Positions 24,551-37,337 of a stretch of 64,000 nt of DNA are shown in pieces; position 1 is the stretch's first letter; each line of letters begins with the position of its first letter. The position numbers and the translations under genes were made by a program. Source of the stretch: Eledone cirrhosa. Lineage: Eukaryota. Under the pieces are notes generated by a model, which worked only from the letters and a program-made list of their open reading frames with translations, searched no databases and was not told the DNA's origin. Where the stretch lies: positions 124,001 through 188,000 of the forward strand of contig CAXHJY010000210.1 of the NCBI GenBank assembly GCA_964016885.1. Direction: 5' to 3'.

Positions 24551-27519
24551 GAGAGAAAAAAATTGAGAGAGATAGAGAGAAAAAATATATTGAAGGGGAG
24601 GGAGATAGAATAGAATAGAAAGAGAAAGAGAGAGATAGAAGAAAAAAAGAAAAGATATAATATTGAGAGAGAGTGAAGGAAAGAACAAATATTGAGATGG
24701 AGATGGAGAGAGAAAAAAGTATTGAAAAAAAGAGAGGGAGAGAGAAGAAAGAGAAAGAGGGGCGAAGAAATAAATTTATATAGATGAGTAGTCAGAATGT
24801 AAATATAATTCATTATGTTGTGTTTATATTATTTATAAAGGTCAAGTTAAAAAATTAAATTATTGATTAAAAAAAAACCTTTACAAAAGAATATTGTTAT
24901 AATTTAGTTAAAAATTTTACCAGAAATTTAATTAAAATTTAATTAGAATTTAATTAATTACAATAAGATATATTACAAAAGAAGTATTTAAAATTTATTA
25001 AGATGTATTAACACTATATAGGTTTAGATGGGTATTTTATGTTATAGGTTATAAATTATTTGAATGTATTTTGCAAAATTATATTTAGCCAGAGTTTATT
25101 AATAGTCAAATCTTAAACATCAAATATTTATGAAGATTTACGAGAGTTTAGAAAGGAAAAATTATTTAATTAGGAGTATATATTAAAACAATTTACAATT
25201 TCGACTATAAAGATTGAGATTATAAAAACAAGAAGGAAGTTAAAAGGGATTTTTTTAAAAACCCAAATGCCTCCAAGGATAGATAAAAGTCACTACGAAA
25301 GTTATAAGAAGTTATAAAAATTCATCTTAAAATATAAGACATAATTATTCCACATATATATAAATAATATAAATGATTGGATATATATGAAAATACATAC
25401 GTATTAAAAATAGTTGGATATATAAGAAAATACATAAGTATTAAACATGTTTAGAATATTGGAAGATGTAGGGGTAATGGAAGATATGAAAATAGTGGTT
25501 TTTCGTATCTTTCAGAAGAACCTTTCAAAAATTTAATCATAAGTTTTACAAAAATTTCCAGGGAAATTTTTGAAGGAAATTTTTAAAATTTTTCAAAATA
25601 TTTTCATAAAAGAATTTCTGGAGAGTGCGGTAATATAAGTATTAGAAAGTAAAGGTTTTAAGGAGTAAATTAAAATTAAAATTAATAAGTGTAATAACCA
25701 TAATATATTTCTAGTTCTATTCTTTTGATTTTCGAGTTAGTGCAAGGTTTCCTATTATAATTATAGTTATGGTTAATTGGCACATCCTTATTATCAATAT
25801 ATTTAATTTCATTATTATAGCCTGCTCTACTTAAAGCTTCGTTATAATATTGTGCCTTATCTTCAAATGTATTTTTATTCGCTGAAATTCTAGAAATACG
25901 TTGCTGCACAGAATTTACAATAGTGTTTTTAACGGATCTCGGGTGATTGGAATTACAGTTAACATAGTTTAAATATGAAAAGGATAATAAAGACCAGTGT
26001 TAAGGTTTAAAGTTACATCTAAAAAGTTAACTATTTTATAATTATTCTCTACTTCTACTTTAAGATTAAAGTTATTAAAAAGTTGTATAATTTCTTTTCT
26101 TTTCCTATTTATTTCGCAATTATTATTATTTTCAATAAGCAATCGTCACGATATAAACCACCGGTCATCTCTGGTAATTTCCTATGTAAAGTATTGTTAA
26201 TAAAAAGCTCCACAAGATCCGTTAATTGCGTCGAGTCCGATGACCCCATAGTGATATCGAAATTGTTATCCCTATCTGCTCTAGTCCAAAGGTGGTTGCT
26301 AAATTTAATTAAGGTTTTACGTGCAGTTAAGATGATGTGCATTTCATTGCTAGATAAATCAGTATATTTAAATGCATATGTAAGGGCTTTATTAAGTAAA
26401 TTAGGAGTGATAGATGAGTAATAATTAGCAATATCCAATTGAATGAATGTATTGTTATGCTTATATTTAATGTCTTTAAACCAGTCAATAACTTCATTAG
26501 TCCCGTTCCATAATTTTAAATAAGATATTTCTTTAAGTTGCGGTATGATTCTATCTAAGATATTTTTGCTAACTATGCCAAGGTCCGATTTAGATGTCTA
26601 ACTGGTAATTCAACTGTTAAAACATTTTTAAGCTTGTTGAATCCCAACAAATTAAATATAACCTCTGCATATATATATATTATAATAATAATAAACAAAA
26701 GACAGGACCTTTAGTCCATCCCTATTTATTTTATTATACTCATTTCGAAGATATATATATATATTAATATATATTGGTACCTCATACAATAATTAATAAA
26801 CATTACTAAATGACCTATACTAGCACTCAATACTACTGGGTGATTCTCATAGAAAGTGTTTCTTCGCACGGTATAGGTAACAGACTGTTTACATTACAAG
26901 AGAACGAAGTTTCAATTTAAAATACTTCGTCCTCTCTTATATTATCAAACTAACCAAAAACACACATCTATTTGTATATACACTACAATTTATGTACATG
27001 TTATGTTTATCGCATATCGAAGTTTTCTAACCATCTTAGAGTGCAAAGAGCGAAGCTTATCACTACGACTAAATTGACCAAATTTGGCACCCACCACCAC
27101 CCAGCCCCTGATTATATATGACAAAATCAAACAAAAATCTTTTTTATTTTCATTGGGTGTTATGGAAGTGATGATAGCTGTAATGGTAGTGGTAGTTGCA
27201 ATGGGTGATTAGATAGTGACGACAGTGATGGTGGTGTACAAAGGTGATGGTGGCGGTGATGATAGTGATGTAGACGTGGTGATAATGATAACAGAACTAT
27301 GGTGGTCTCGAGGTTATAGGAGCTCAGGAACAGCCGTAACAATAGCAATAAAATAATAATGTACTTGTTTTGATGGTGGATGTTGATATTGTTGATGATG
27401 TTGAAGTAAGAACAGCAGCAGTAACAACAATAGAATTCGAGGGAGGGAGAGAGAGAGGTGGTGCTGTAACACTATCTTTTTAAGATGCGGGAGAAGATTA
27501 TTGTCAGCAGCAGTACCAA

Positions 27520-27920
27520 GAATAAGGATTGTTTCTACTTTTGGCACAAGGCCAGCAATCTAAAGAGAATGGGGAAAGTCGACTCCAGTGCATTACTGGT
27601 ACTTAATTTTATTAACCAAGCTCACCTCGGCGGGAATTGAATTCAGGACGTAAAGAAAGAATAATGGTTTCTACTTTAGGCACAAGGCCAACAATTTTTT
27701 TGGAGAAGCGAAAGTCGATTAAATCAACCCAGTACGGTCCTTTATTTTATCGACCCCGTAAGGATGAAAGGTAAAGCTCACCTCGGCGGGAATTGAATTC
27801 AGAACGTAAAGGAAAAATAAATTGACCTTTGTGATACCGGTACTTTATTTTCTCGACCGTGTAAGGTGAAGGCAAAGCTAACATTGGCGGGATTTGAACT
27901 CAGAACGTAAAGGAACGATA
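27520..27920 (-). mobile_element. Three tandem truncated Meta-like SINE copies
   Basis: Repeated cggcgggaattgaattcag(a/g)acgtaaag and ggcacaaggcc segments. Confidence 0.7.
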
Positions 27921-29243
27921 ATAATAATTTGTATATCTAGGACAATATATATTAAATTGGTCACTAAACAGCTGAAGTATTAAGTAAACTGTATTATAAA
28001 TTCATATCTGTTCAATCGGGTACAGATTTTTTTACCGAATCTGCGAGAAATTTGTATGTAAACACACAAAATAGAAAATATATTTTAAGCATGTAAACAT
28101 GACTTATACAATATATCCCACACCACAACCGACACTTCCTTTATTTTTTAAGGCTGCGATTCGAAGGAAATATGGCAACTTTCTAACACGGGTTAGCCGA
28201 CCACGTGGTGGCTTTCTTGTGACTGTTGTTATTTAGCCCGTGACGCATCATTCACAATCAATAGCCTTAGGTTGACCCATGCTTTGTGAGTGAAACTTGG
28301 TGGACGGTAACTGTCTGGAAGTCTGTACGCGCAATTCAAAGGGTTAACTATGTATTTCAGTGCCGCACTGTATCTTCTTGACAATTTACGTTAAGGATAC
28401 ACGTGTCTGTGGAATATTCAGCTACTTTTACGGTAATTCAATTCAAAAGGCCAGTCTTGCCATACACGGTGTTTCCCTGAATCATTCTGAGAATTACACT
28501 AAGAGGGGTACACGTGTTTGTGCAATACACAGTCACTTATTATATAAGATGTAATTCAAACACACGCACATATACTGCCACGTTGAATCTCCCTGAGAGT
28601 TACATTAAACGTACAGTGGAGTACTCAGCTACATATACTATAAATCAAGACAGACTTGTAATTCCTGTTATTTAGCCCCAAGTCAATCCTGACTATGGAG
28701 ACCTATATGATTAAAGGCATTCCGTCATTTAAGATAGCATTATTCAATATTTTGAGTTACGACCCTTGCCATTCTGAGTTCAAATCCCGCCGAAGTTAAC
28801 TTTGCCTTTCATCCTTACGGGGTCGATAAAATATAGTACCAGTAATACACTGAGTAATTGTTGGCCTTGTGCCAAAAGTAGAAACAATTGGTGATGGTTC
28901 AACTTGAGGGAGATATCACTGCTACTTCTAGCATATCGAGTGACCAACCATGTCGTATCTGTCAGATTGTTTGTAGTCAACATTGAATGGTAGTAGTAAT
29001 TGCAGTAACGCCAAGAAACAAGGATGCACATTTCTGAATGTATAATTTTTTGTAACACGCTGTCCCCCTCCCCTCGTCCTCTTACTCCCCATCCCCCCGC
29101 TTTCGTTCTCTTATCTCCTCCACTCCTCATAGACAGCAGATATTTAACTCACTTTCTCAATTCGGCCAGGCATTATACCTTAATATAAGCAGGTCATAAT
29201 TCGTTGTTGTAGCACATTGTTATATATATAACAATGGTTTACA

Positions 29244-29274
<31 letters not shown>

Positions 29275-29306
29275 TCACTATATTCACACACACATATACA
29301 TACATA

Positions 29307-29790
29307 CTAGCCGAATTACCCGCGCCTTGCTGCGTTCACACATTTTTGGGGGTAAGAAAATGATGATTGATTTTAAATCAGTGATATAATTTATGGAGAA
29401 AAACTCAGCATTTCAATATTACTCAATATAAAATGTAATGCATGAAAAATTGGAAAACATTATTTTTTGTAATATATCAAATCAAAATTACATTATTAAA
29501 TCTTATTCTTATTTTGTGTCTTGTAAATAATTTTTTTCAAAATATCAATTCAAAACTTTTGTGAATAGGCATTTACCTATGGTTTAAATTTCATATAAAT
29601 CGAAGGGAAAACATTTTCAGCGGGGGTTTGTGACCCGGGGAACCCTTTGATTAAAATGAAATATATTTATCCAAGTACCCTGGGCAATGTAGTTTCAGAA
29701 TATATATGGTTATGGGGGTCTATCTCCAAAACCATAGGAGTTCCTGAACAAACAAACAAAGAGGCAGGAATACAACTTTATATATATAGA
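29307..29790 (-). mobile_element. Non-autonomous Helitron
   Basis: Minus strand: TCTATATATATAAAG at 29790 ... cgcagcaaggcgcggg ... CTAG|T at 29307. Confidence 0.75.
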
Positions 29791-29821
29791 TATATATATG
29801 TGTATATATAAATATGTGTGT

Positions 29822-29860
<39 letters not shown>

Positions 29861-29981
29861 TGCTGAGACAGGAGAGACCACTAATCATGGAAGTACTCAA
29901 TGCATGAGGAGATGCAGAGTCAGTATAGAGGTAAGTAAAATTCCGACCGCGGCGCCAACCATTTTCGGTATCTCTCTCTCT

Positions 29982-31910
29982 CTCCTGACTTCAGCATTTC
30001 AGCAGAAATGCCATCCATACCTGGTGACTTGTTATTCTTAAGGGTTTTGATGGCCATGCGGACTTCCTTCTCGGTGAAGTCATCAGTATTGATAGGCAAC
30101 AAACTAGTAGGTTCCTTAGGGTCTGCTGGCACACGTGGCTCCTGTCGGTTGTCCTTGAAATGTTCAGCCCATCTGACTAACTTTTCTTCACCCTTGGAAA
30201 GCAGCGTACCATCTTTCGCTTTCACCGGGCCTGAGTTAGCTCTAGAGCTGCCGGTGATTTTCTTGGCAATTTGGTAGACAGAGCGCATGTCATTGCGTGC
30301 CGCAGCTGCTTCCGCCTCCTCAAGCCACATTCGTTTGTCCTTTTGGGCGCTGCGTTTCACCTCCTTGTCCTTGTCAATATACTGCTGATATACCTTGATG
30401 GCCTCTGGGGTAGTGGCATGCCTCTGCTGGTGTAGGGCTTTCCTTTCATTAATCAGCTGCCAGGTGTTGTCGCTGACCCAAGCTTCTCTGAGGGACTTCC
30501 TGTAGCCCAGGATTTCTTCCCCTGCAGCTTCCATGGTCTCCTTTATTTCCTCCCATCAATTGACCGAGCCTGGTGCAGACTCCTCAAGGACAGCAAATAT
30601 GTTCCTCAAAGCAGCCTCGAACTGTGCTTCTGTGTCACCGTTCTTCAGCTTGGTAGTGTCAAAACGCCTTGTAGTGAGTGCTCTCTTCGTCTGCTTCCTA
30701 AGTCTGATTTTAAGTTTGGTAACAGACAGATAGTGGTCACTGCAGACATCTGCGCCTCGGTAGACTCGGACGTCCTGCAGGCAAGGAGCTCTCCAACTTG
30801 GGCCAATCGCAATGTGATCTATTTGCGACTTGGTCCTGTGGTCGTTCGAAGCCCATGTGACCTTGTGGATGTTCTTGTGGTCAAATAGTGACGAGCCGAT
30901 TTTCATATTGTTCATGGCACAGAACTGGACAAACCTGTCCCCGTTGTCCGTGCGGTTTCCATAAGCATGGGGGCCAAGGACATGTTCAAAGCCAACTCTG
31001 CTTCCCCCGATCTGTGCGTTCATGTCTCCCATGATGATCAGGATGTCATGACGTGGGGTTTTGTTTACAACATCTTGTAGTTGCTGGTAGAAAGCGTCCT
31101 TGTCATCATCGTTATGTTCGTTGGTTGGAGCATAGCACTGAGCTATGGTGACCTTTGCATGTGATGTGGTGTATCTTGCTGTCATTAGGCGTTCGTTGAT
31201 AGGAGTCCACTCCTCAAGGGCACCACTGGCAGCCCTGTCAATGATGATTGCAACTCCATCTCGGTGAGTCCCGTTCTGACGGCCTGAGAACAGGATGGTC
31301 TTGTTTTCATGGACAAACTTCCCAGAGTCAGTCCAGCGGACCTTGATGAGGCCCAGGATGTTAATTTTGTAGGCCTCCATTTGCGCAAGTTTGGATGGTT
31401 GGTACATAGTTCTTATGTTCCAATATCCAATACGTGTGGTTGTTTTTGCAGACAGAGTTCTGGTTCTCAGGATGTCGGCTTCCTCATTGAGACTTTCGCC
31501 GACACCCGTCATACAATCTCCGGTTAGAGACAACCGTTCTCCTGACTGCTTGGAATTTAAATCTGATGCACTATGAATTGTTTTCGTAGCAGGAGAGTTT
31601 TTCCGGGAATAGGTCGCTAACCTGAAGCCCAACCACTGACATTTAGTAAAGAGACAGTAAGTGGAGTAGTCTCTGGTAGAACTGCAAACCGATGGGTTAC
31701 AGGTGTTATATCAGAGTTTTCCTTCTCCTAGAATTCTGCCTTGACAAAGGCTAAGGGGTCATCTCTCCCAGTGATTTTGGATGGCCATTGACTCTTAAGA
31801 GCTCCTTTGCCCTTTGACAGGTTTTGTTTTTAGTCCTGCAGGATGTCCAAAGTCACCCTCCTCACCAAGAAACCTTGGTGGGGTTGCTAGTTTAGCCGCC
31901 AACGACCCGG
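29982..31910 (-). mobile_element. RTE LINE, inverted 5' half (5' UTR, APE endonuclease, linker)
   Basis: RIGYWNIRTM, QCYAPTN, IIMGDMNAQIG, SQIDHI, SDHY; linker ends KSPGMDGISAEMLKSG. Confidence 0.92.
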
Positions 31911-33270
31911 GTGAAGTCCCAGAAGATTGGAGAAACGGAGCGGTTGTCTGTATCCCCAAGAAGGGCAACCTTGCCGATTGTGACAACTGGAGGGGAGTGA
32001 CACTTCTCTCATACCAGGGAAGGTCTATTGTCTGATGATCCTGAACCGCATACGTGGCATGGTAGACCGGGAACTGCGAGAACAACAGGCAGGGTTCCGA
32101 CCAAAACGTTCTGTGCAGAGCAGATCTTTACGTTACGCCGCATCATTGAGAGGTACAACGAATTCCAGAGGCCCCTCGCCGTCAGCTTCATCGATTTCTC
32201 CAAAGCATTCGATAGCATTCATCGACCGTCGCTCTGGAGCATCATACATGAGTGTGGTCTGCCCCAGAAAGTCATTTCGGCAATCAAACAGATTTATGCA
32301 AACTCCAAGTGCTGCATACGGACAGAGGATGGTTACAGTGACTGGTTTGAGGTGGTTACTGGCGTGCGTCAAGGTTGCTCGCTCTCTCCAATTCTCTTTG
32401 CCATAGCCATTGACTGGGTACTAAGAAGAGCGTCTAAAGACCAGGGTATATCTTGGGTGGGAGAGCAAAAGTTGTCTGACCTGGACTTTGCGGACGATAT
32501 TGCTGCACTTGCAGAGAGCACAGCTGGCCTGCAAATCATTATGAACAATATCAATGTCGAAGCAAGAAGCTTAGGTCTCAATATCAGTGCTAAGAAGACC
32601 AAAAGCATGTTATCTGGGACACACCCATCACCAACTAGTGTTTTCATTGAACAGGGGGAGGTGGAGATAGTGGACAACTTCACCTACCTAGGAAGCTCCA
32701 TTGACAATGGGGGCACCGTGGACAGTGAATTGCAATGTAGAATGGGAAAGGCTTCAGCAGCATTTAACCAGCTTGGCAAGATCTGGAAGAACAGGAAGTT
32801 CACCCTCAAAACAAAGATGAGATTCTACAAGAGCAACGTGCTGTCCATACTCTTGTACGGAAGTGAAACATGGCACCTTAAGACCAGCCAAGAGAAGAAG
32901 TTGGACGCATTCGATTCCAGGTGTCTGCGAAAGATCCAGGGGATTAAATGGAGTGTCCATGTAACAAACCAGGAAGTTAGGAACCGCACCAACCAGTAGC
33001 TAGTCTCTTCTGCCATCTGCAAGCGACGCCTGGGCTGGTTTGGACACGCTTTGAGACTTCCCCCGGAGAGACTGGCGAACCAAGTACTTACATGGAGCCC
33101 ACAGGGAAGCAGACGGAGAGGGCGACCCAAAATGAACTGGCGCCAGCCAGTTGAGAGGGACCTGCGAGCGACAAACAGACAATAGCGGGACGCTGTGCAA
33201 CTGGCTGCTGACCGAACGCGGTGGAACACAATGATTGCCTCATGCGTCGCAAGACGCGGGAGCTTCTCTC
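31911..33270 (+). mobile_element. RTE LINE, 3' half (RT and 3' end), same element as the preceding feature
   Basis: EVPEDWRNGAVVCIPKKGNL, QAGFRP, FIDFSKAFDSI, GVRQGCSLSP, LDFADDI, YGSETW, RRLGWFGH. Confidence 0.92.
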
Positions 33271-33551
33271 TCTTGTGAGAGAGAGAGGGACAGCATTGAA
33301 AGCACATTGCTATTGTAAAATCGCATCTTGGTTTCCAGATCTTGTTGAATAAATTATATGTGCATGCAGAAAAATAATTGTTTTCAAAGTAAAAGATGTT
33401 ATTGCATTTTATGAGACTTTTCGACTATGTATATCTGAGTGTGTATGTACGTGCGTACGTATGTATATAGACAAACACACACACATATATATATATGTGT
33501 ATATGATGGCTGTCCCCTCGTTATCGAGTATGGCCATTGCACGATATACCA

Positions 33552-34399
33552 TCTATATATAGATAAAACTGAGGATGTCTATATGTGTGTGTGAGTTTGA
33601 ATCCCTAAAACTCGAGAACCACCCAACCGACTGTTTTCAAACTTTACACATGTAATACTTATGTTTCAGGGAGTGTCCTGTGCAAACATTTTCAATGCCC
33701 TAGGGACCACATTAGGCGATTTAGCGATCTCTCTCTATAATTCTTAGTCGTTCTCTTTCTAGATAGATACAGATATTATAAGGGCGCGACGTTATATGTA
33801 TGTATGTCTGCATTACGTCACTTCTCTGAGGATGTCTGTGAGTTTGAATCCCTAAAACTCGAGAAGTACCCAACCGATTTTTTTCAAACTTTAATGTGTA
33901 TTACTTTTTGATCTCCTAGGGCCCACATTAGGTGAAAAACTGCGTTTTTTAAGCTTTTTATGGTTTTTTTTTTAGGCGTTACGTCAGACCGATTTCCTTG
34001 AAATTGTAACTATGTATTAGTCAGTCTCTTCTTCATACCGGGAGCAAAGAAAAATCCAACTTTTTTATGGCCTAGGGCCCGCATTAGGTGAAAAATTTCA
34101 TTTTTTTCAGCTTTTTAGGGCTTTTTGGAGGCGTTACGTCTAGCCGATTTTCCCGAAATTTCAAGGCATATTATGCACATAAAAAAATTCATTTTCTTGA
34201 TCCCCTATGGCCTGCATTAGGTGAAAACCTGCATTTTTCCTGCTTCATCAAGGAAAATCTTAAAGATTATCCAGCCATCAGAGTATTCGGTTTATTTTAT
34301 TTTCATATTGTCCAGGCATGCAGTTTTTCCACGATTAGGTCTGTTGGCGGCCCGCCTTCCAAAATACCTTATCCCGTGCAACGCCGGGTACGTTATTAA
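33552..34399 (+). mobile_element. Non-autonomous Helitron
   Basis: A|TCTATATATAGATAAAACTGAGG start; CCCG-tgcaacgc-CGGG hairpin near the end; terminal CTAG decayed. Confidence 0.7.
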
Positions 34400-34439
34400 T
34401 AATTATTAATTAATTCTATCGTGCAATGCCTGTGCGTGA

Positions 34440-34720
34440 AGATATTTTTTTTAAGTGAGGAAAGACTGTGCACTGAGCCAACCCCACTCTCTGAGCGACA
34501 GTAGCTGTAACTCGAAAAGAAGAAAAGATGAACATCATCGGTAACTACTGAGCCGCAGGTTTTATATCGGAGTTATCCCAGTTACCTTCTCCTAGAAGAA
34601 TGCCCTGACAAAGGCTAGGGGCCGTTCACTCCCAGTGGCTTAACAACGTAGTACATGTATATATACATATTTACACTTTTGGATGGCCGTTGACTCTTAT
34701 GAGTTCTTCCGCCCTTTGTA
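34440..34720 (-). mobile_element. Fragment related to the RTE 5' UTR at 31700-31815
   Basis: ccttctcctagaa..tgcc.tgacaaaggctag and ttttggatggcc.ttgactctta are shared. Confidence 0.6.
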
Positions 34721-34726
34721 TATATG

Positions 34727-34777
<51 letters not shown>

Positions 34778-34991
34778 CCGGCCCCCTGTATTATGAAAAG
34801 TAATTTTTTTCTAAATTTAAAGGTTTTTATAATATTTAATTGTTTTACTCAATAATGAATTCCGTTCCCGCACCACCAACAAGATTCAACATCAAAGACG
34901 GATGAGTTGCATAACGTCGAGTGCTTTTCCTACTAGTACATCATGATTAACTGTACAGAATAGCAGTTATGTCCAGTGGTGAATCACCAAA

Positions 34992-35061
<70 letters not shown>

Positions 35062-35064
<3 letters not shown>

Positions 35065-35485
35065 TATTTTGCAATACACTGTATGCTTAATTAAAAGCAT
35101 TTTGAAGACCTTACGCTATTGTTTTAGAGTAGTGACAGTCTCACCTACTTTAAATTTTCAGCAATTCTAATTTTCAATTTCTGCTTGACTGGCAACCGCT
35201 CTGTATAATCAGTTTCTGATTATTACTAGAATTCTATAAGAATCAAACATTCATGATTTTCAGCAGACAGGTGGAGTACTTAGCTTTGATAAGTACCAAA
35301 TAGTACGAAACAGAGCTCTGTCAGCTTTATCTCCCCCTGTTTGCTGAAAATTTAAAGTAAGTGAGACTGTCACTACTCTAAAACAATAGCGTAAGGTCTT
35401 CAAAATGCTTTTAATTAAGCATACAGTGTATTGCAAAATACACTATATATACATTCATATATATATCGCTATTTCAGAGCACCAA

Positions 35486-35490
<5 letters not shown>
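35062..35490. mobile_element. Fold-back mini-element in (TA)n with one central hammerhead
   Basis: About 100-bp arms 35062-35164 and 35341-35443 are near-perfect reverse complements. Confidence 0.8.
35257..35350 (+). ncRNA. Type I hammerhead ribozyme, U3-A8 core, long helix I
   Basis: ttttcagcagacaggtggag..agct-TTGATAA-GTAC caaata GTAC-GAAA-CAGAGCTCTG-TC-agct..ctccccctgtttgctgaaaa; predicted cleavage after GUC at 35322. Confidence 0.85.
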
Positions 35491-35522
<32 letters not shown>

Positions 35523-36772
35523 GTTCTTTCGTTTAACGTAAGCAGTAACCTCCGATTAATAATTTTATTTTTACACTCATTTAAATCAATTGAAATAATT
35601 TTCTTTACTATTTTCTTTAATCTTTATCAATCAATTTAATTTTAAACATCTTTCAGAACTTAACTAAAGTTGTTTGATGTTTATGTCACTTCATTTCTTT
35701 GTGCAGCTAAGTGTTAGAACTGAGTTCATTATAAACTCTTCTTGCAATTCTTATGTTAAGCTCACAATTAGAATAGCTTTCATTAAAAACTTGAAGAGCT
35801 TCCTCTATAAGTACCAACCCATTAGCAATTCAAGCATATTCAATTCAAGTGGAGGTGACGGAGCTTCTCGTCTTGTCCTGCGATTTGCTCTTCTTCTAAC
35901 AGCATCAGCTCCTCATTAGACAAACTTTCTCTGCGGGACTATATAGTAATACAACCCACAACCTCTACGACTTCTTAAAATTATATTTTACATTATATTT
36001 TTACTTTTATATGCATTTTTATGGACCACATCCAATATTCGCGGTCTTTTCACTCTTCGCGGGTGCTCTAGGAACATAACCCCCGGCGAATACCGGGGGA
36101 TAACTGTACTTTCCATGGTAAAGCCAAAAGTGGTAGCTATCAACAATAATCCATAACAAATATGTAGTAAAATAGTACTATAGAAAAAACAGGACTTTTA
36201 CGAGAACAATAACTATGGCCGTATGTACGGAAATGAAAAGATGAAAGGAGGTGGCGGAGTGAGGTTTGAAGAAGTACTGTATAGTAGTCACTGTTAGTTG
36301 TAGGGTTACCAGTTTGGATTTTCTTTTCTAAGCATAGTTCCTGAAATTTGGTTTTTACGTTTGTTTTAGTTTTTTCAAATCTGGTCAGAAACATACTCTT
36401 ACAACTAATACAGACTAACAGCTCAGTACACACACACCCTTATATAAATATATTTTTACTCATAGCTTCGTACTTACACACACACACACACTCATTTACT
36501 TACATATACACACACATATCCTCTTAGTTTCCTACAGACGTATAATAACACACTTACACACACACACACACAAGTATAGCTCTATATACAAAACGTTTTT
36601 TTTTTCATTTCAGGTGGACGCGCTCCATCATCCACTTCTCTAAAAGTAAACAAATCATACACAAAACGCCGGCATCAAGTTTTCCAAGAGATGGCAACAT
36701 GAATGGACCTGTTATTTTCTCCAAAAGCATTTTTTCCAATTTCACCTTCAATCTATCTTATTTCTCGTTCTT

Positions 36773-36808
36773 TCTTCTGATGAAGGACTAGCGTCCGAAA
36801 CGTTAAGA
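36773..36808 (+). ncRNA. Minimal hammerhead ribozyme in a short repeat (about 36690-36893)
   Basis: tctt-CTGATGA-a-GGAC tagc GTCC-GAAA-CG-TT-aaga. Confidence 0.8.
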
Positions 36809-36889
36809 CCCTCTTCCTGCTATTTCAAGCGTTAACCTAATATATTCCTCCCATATACTGTACCGATTGTGTTGTTATTTCTGTTTACC

Positions 36890-36946
<57 letters not shown>

Positions 36947-36947
36947 C

Positions 36948-37049
36948 ATACAGGACGTCCCAAAAAATGTATACAGATTTTGATTACTTGTACAGGCAAT
37001 ATTTATTAGAATGTTGTTGAAGTGTGTATACAGTTTTTGGGGACACCCA

Positions 37050-37052
<3 letters not shown>
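36948..37052. mobile_element. Short Tc1/mariner-type MITE
   Basis: tacaggacgtcccaaaaaatgtatac ... gtatacagtttttggggacacccagta. Confidence 0.65.
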
Positions 37053-37085
<33 letters not shown>

Positions 37086-37337
37086 TATTTCAAAATTTAA
37101 TTAGAAATCACCTAATTCCGGCTATCGGGGGCATCTTGAATTTTAATAAGCGTCATCATCATCATCTTCGATTAACGTCCATCTTCCACTCTAGCATGGG
37201 TTAGAGTTGCTCCACTTGAGGCAAGGTTGGTCGGTGACCGTGTCTCACTCGCATAGGACTGTCTGGCAGGTTTTCTACGGCTGGATGCCCTTCCTAACAC
37301 CAACCACATTTACTTTGATATCTCAAGTTTCTCATAT

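Larger units (their letters stand above)
24086..26670 (-). mobile_element. Decayed Penelope-like element, probably Nematis-type RT, with HHR-containing 3' pLTR and short inverted terminal piece
   Basis: DIANYYSSI, FDITMGSSDSTQLTDLV, GLYRDDCL, SNHPRSV..RISRIS; 3' end similar to 20823-20935; 26598-26670 resembles the pLTR tail 21195-21258 in + orientation. Confidence 0.8.

Noticed and set aside
24204-24813. Hydrophobic ORFs resembling membrane proteins
   Set aside because: Antisense translation of purine-rich repeats in the PLE 3' region.
26780-27500. Non-repetitive stretch that could be a host promoter or first exon (similar case at 36110-36430)
   Set aside because: No convincing splice, promoter or coding evidence from sequence alone.
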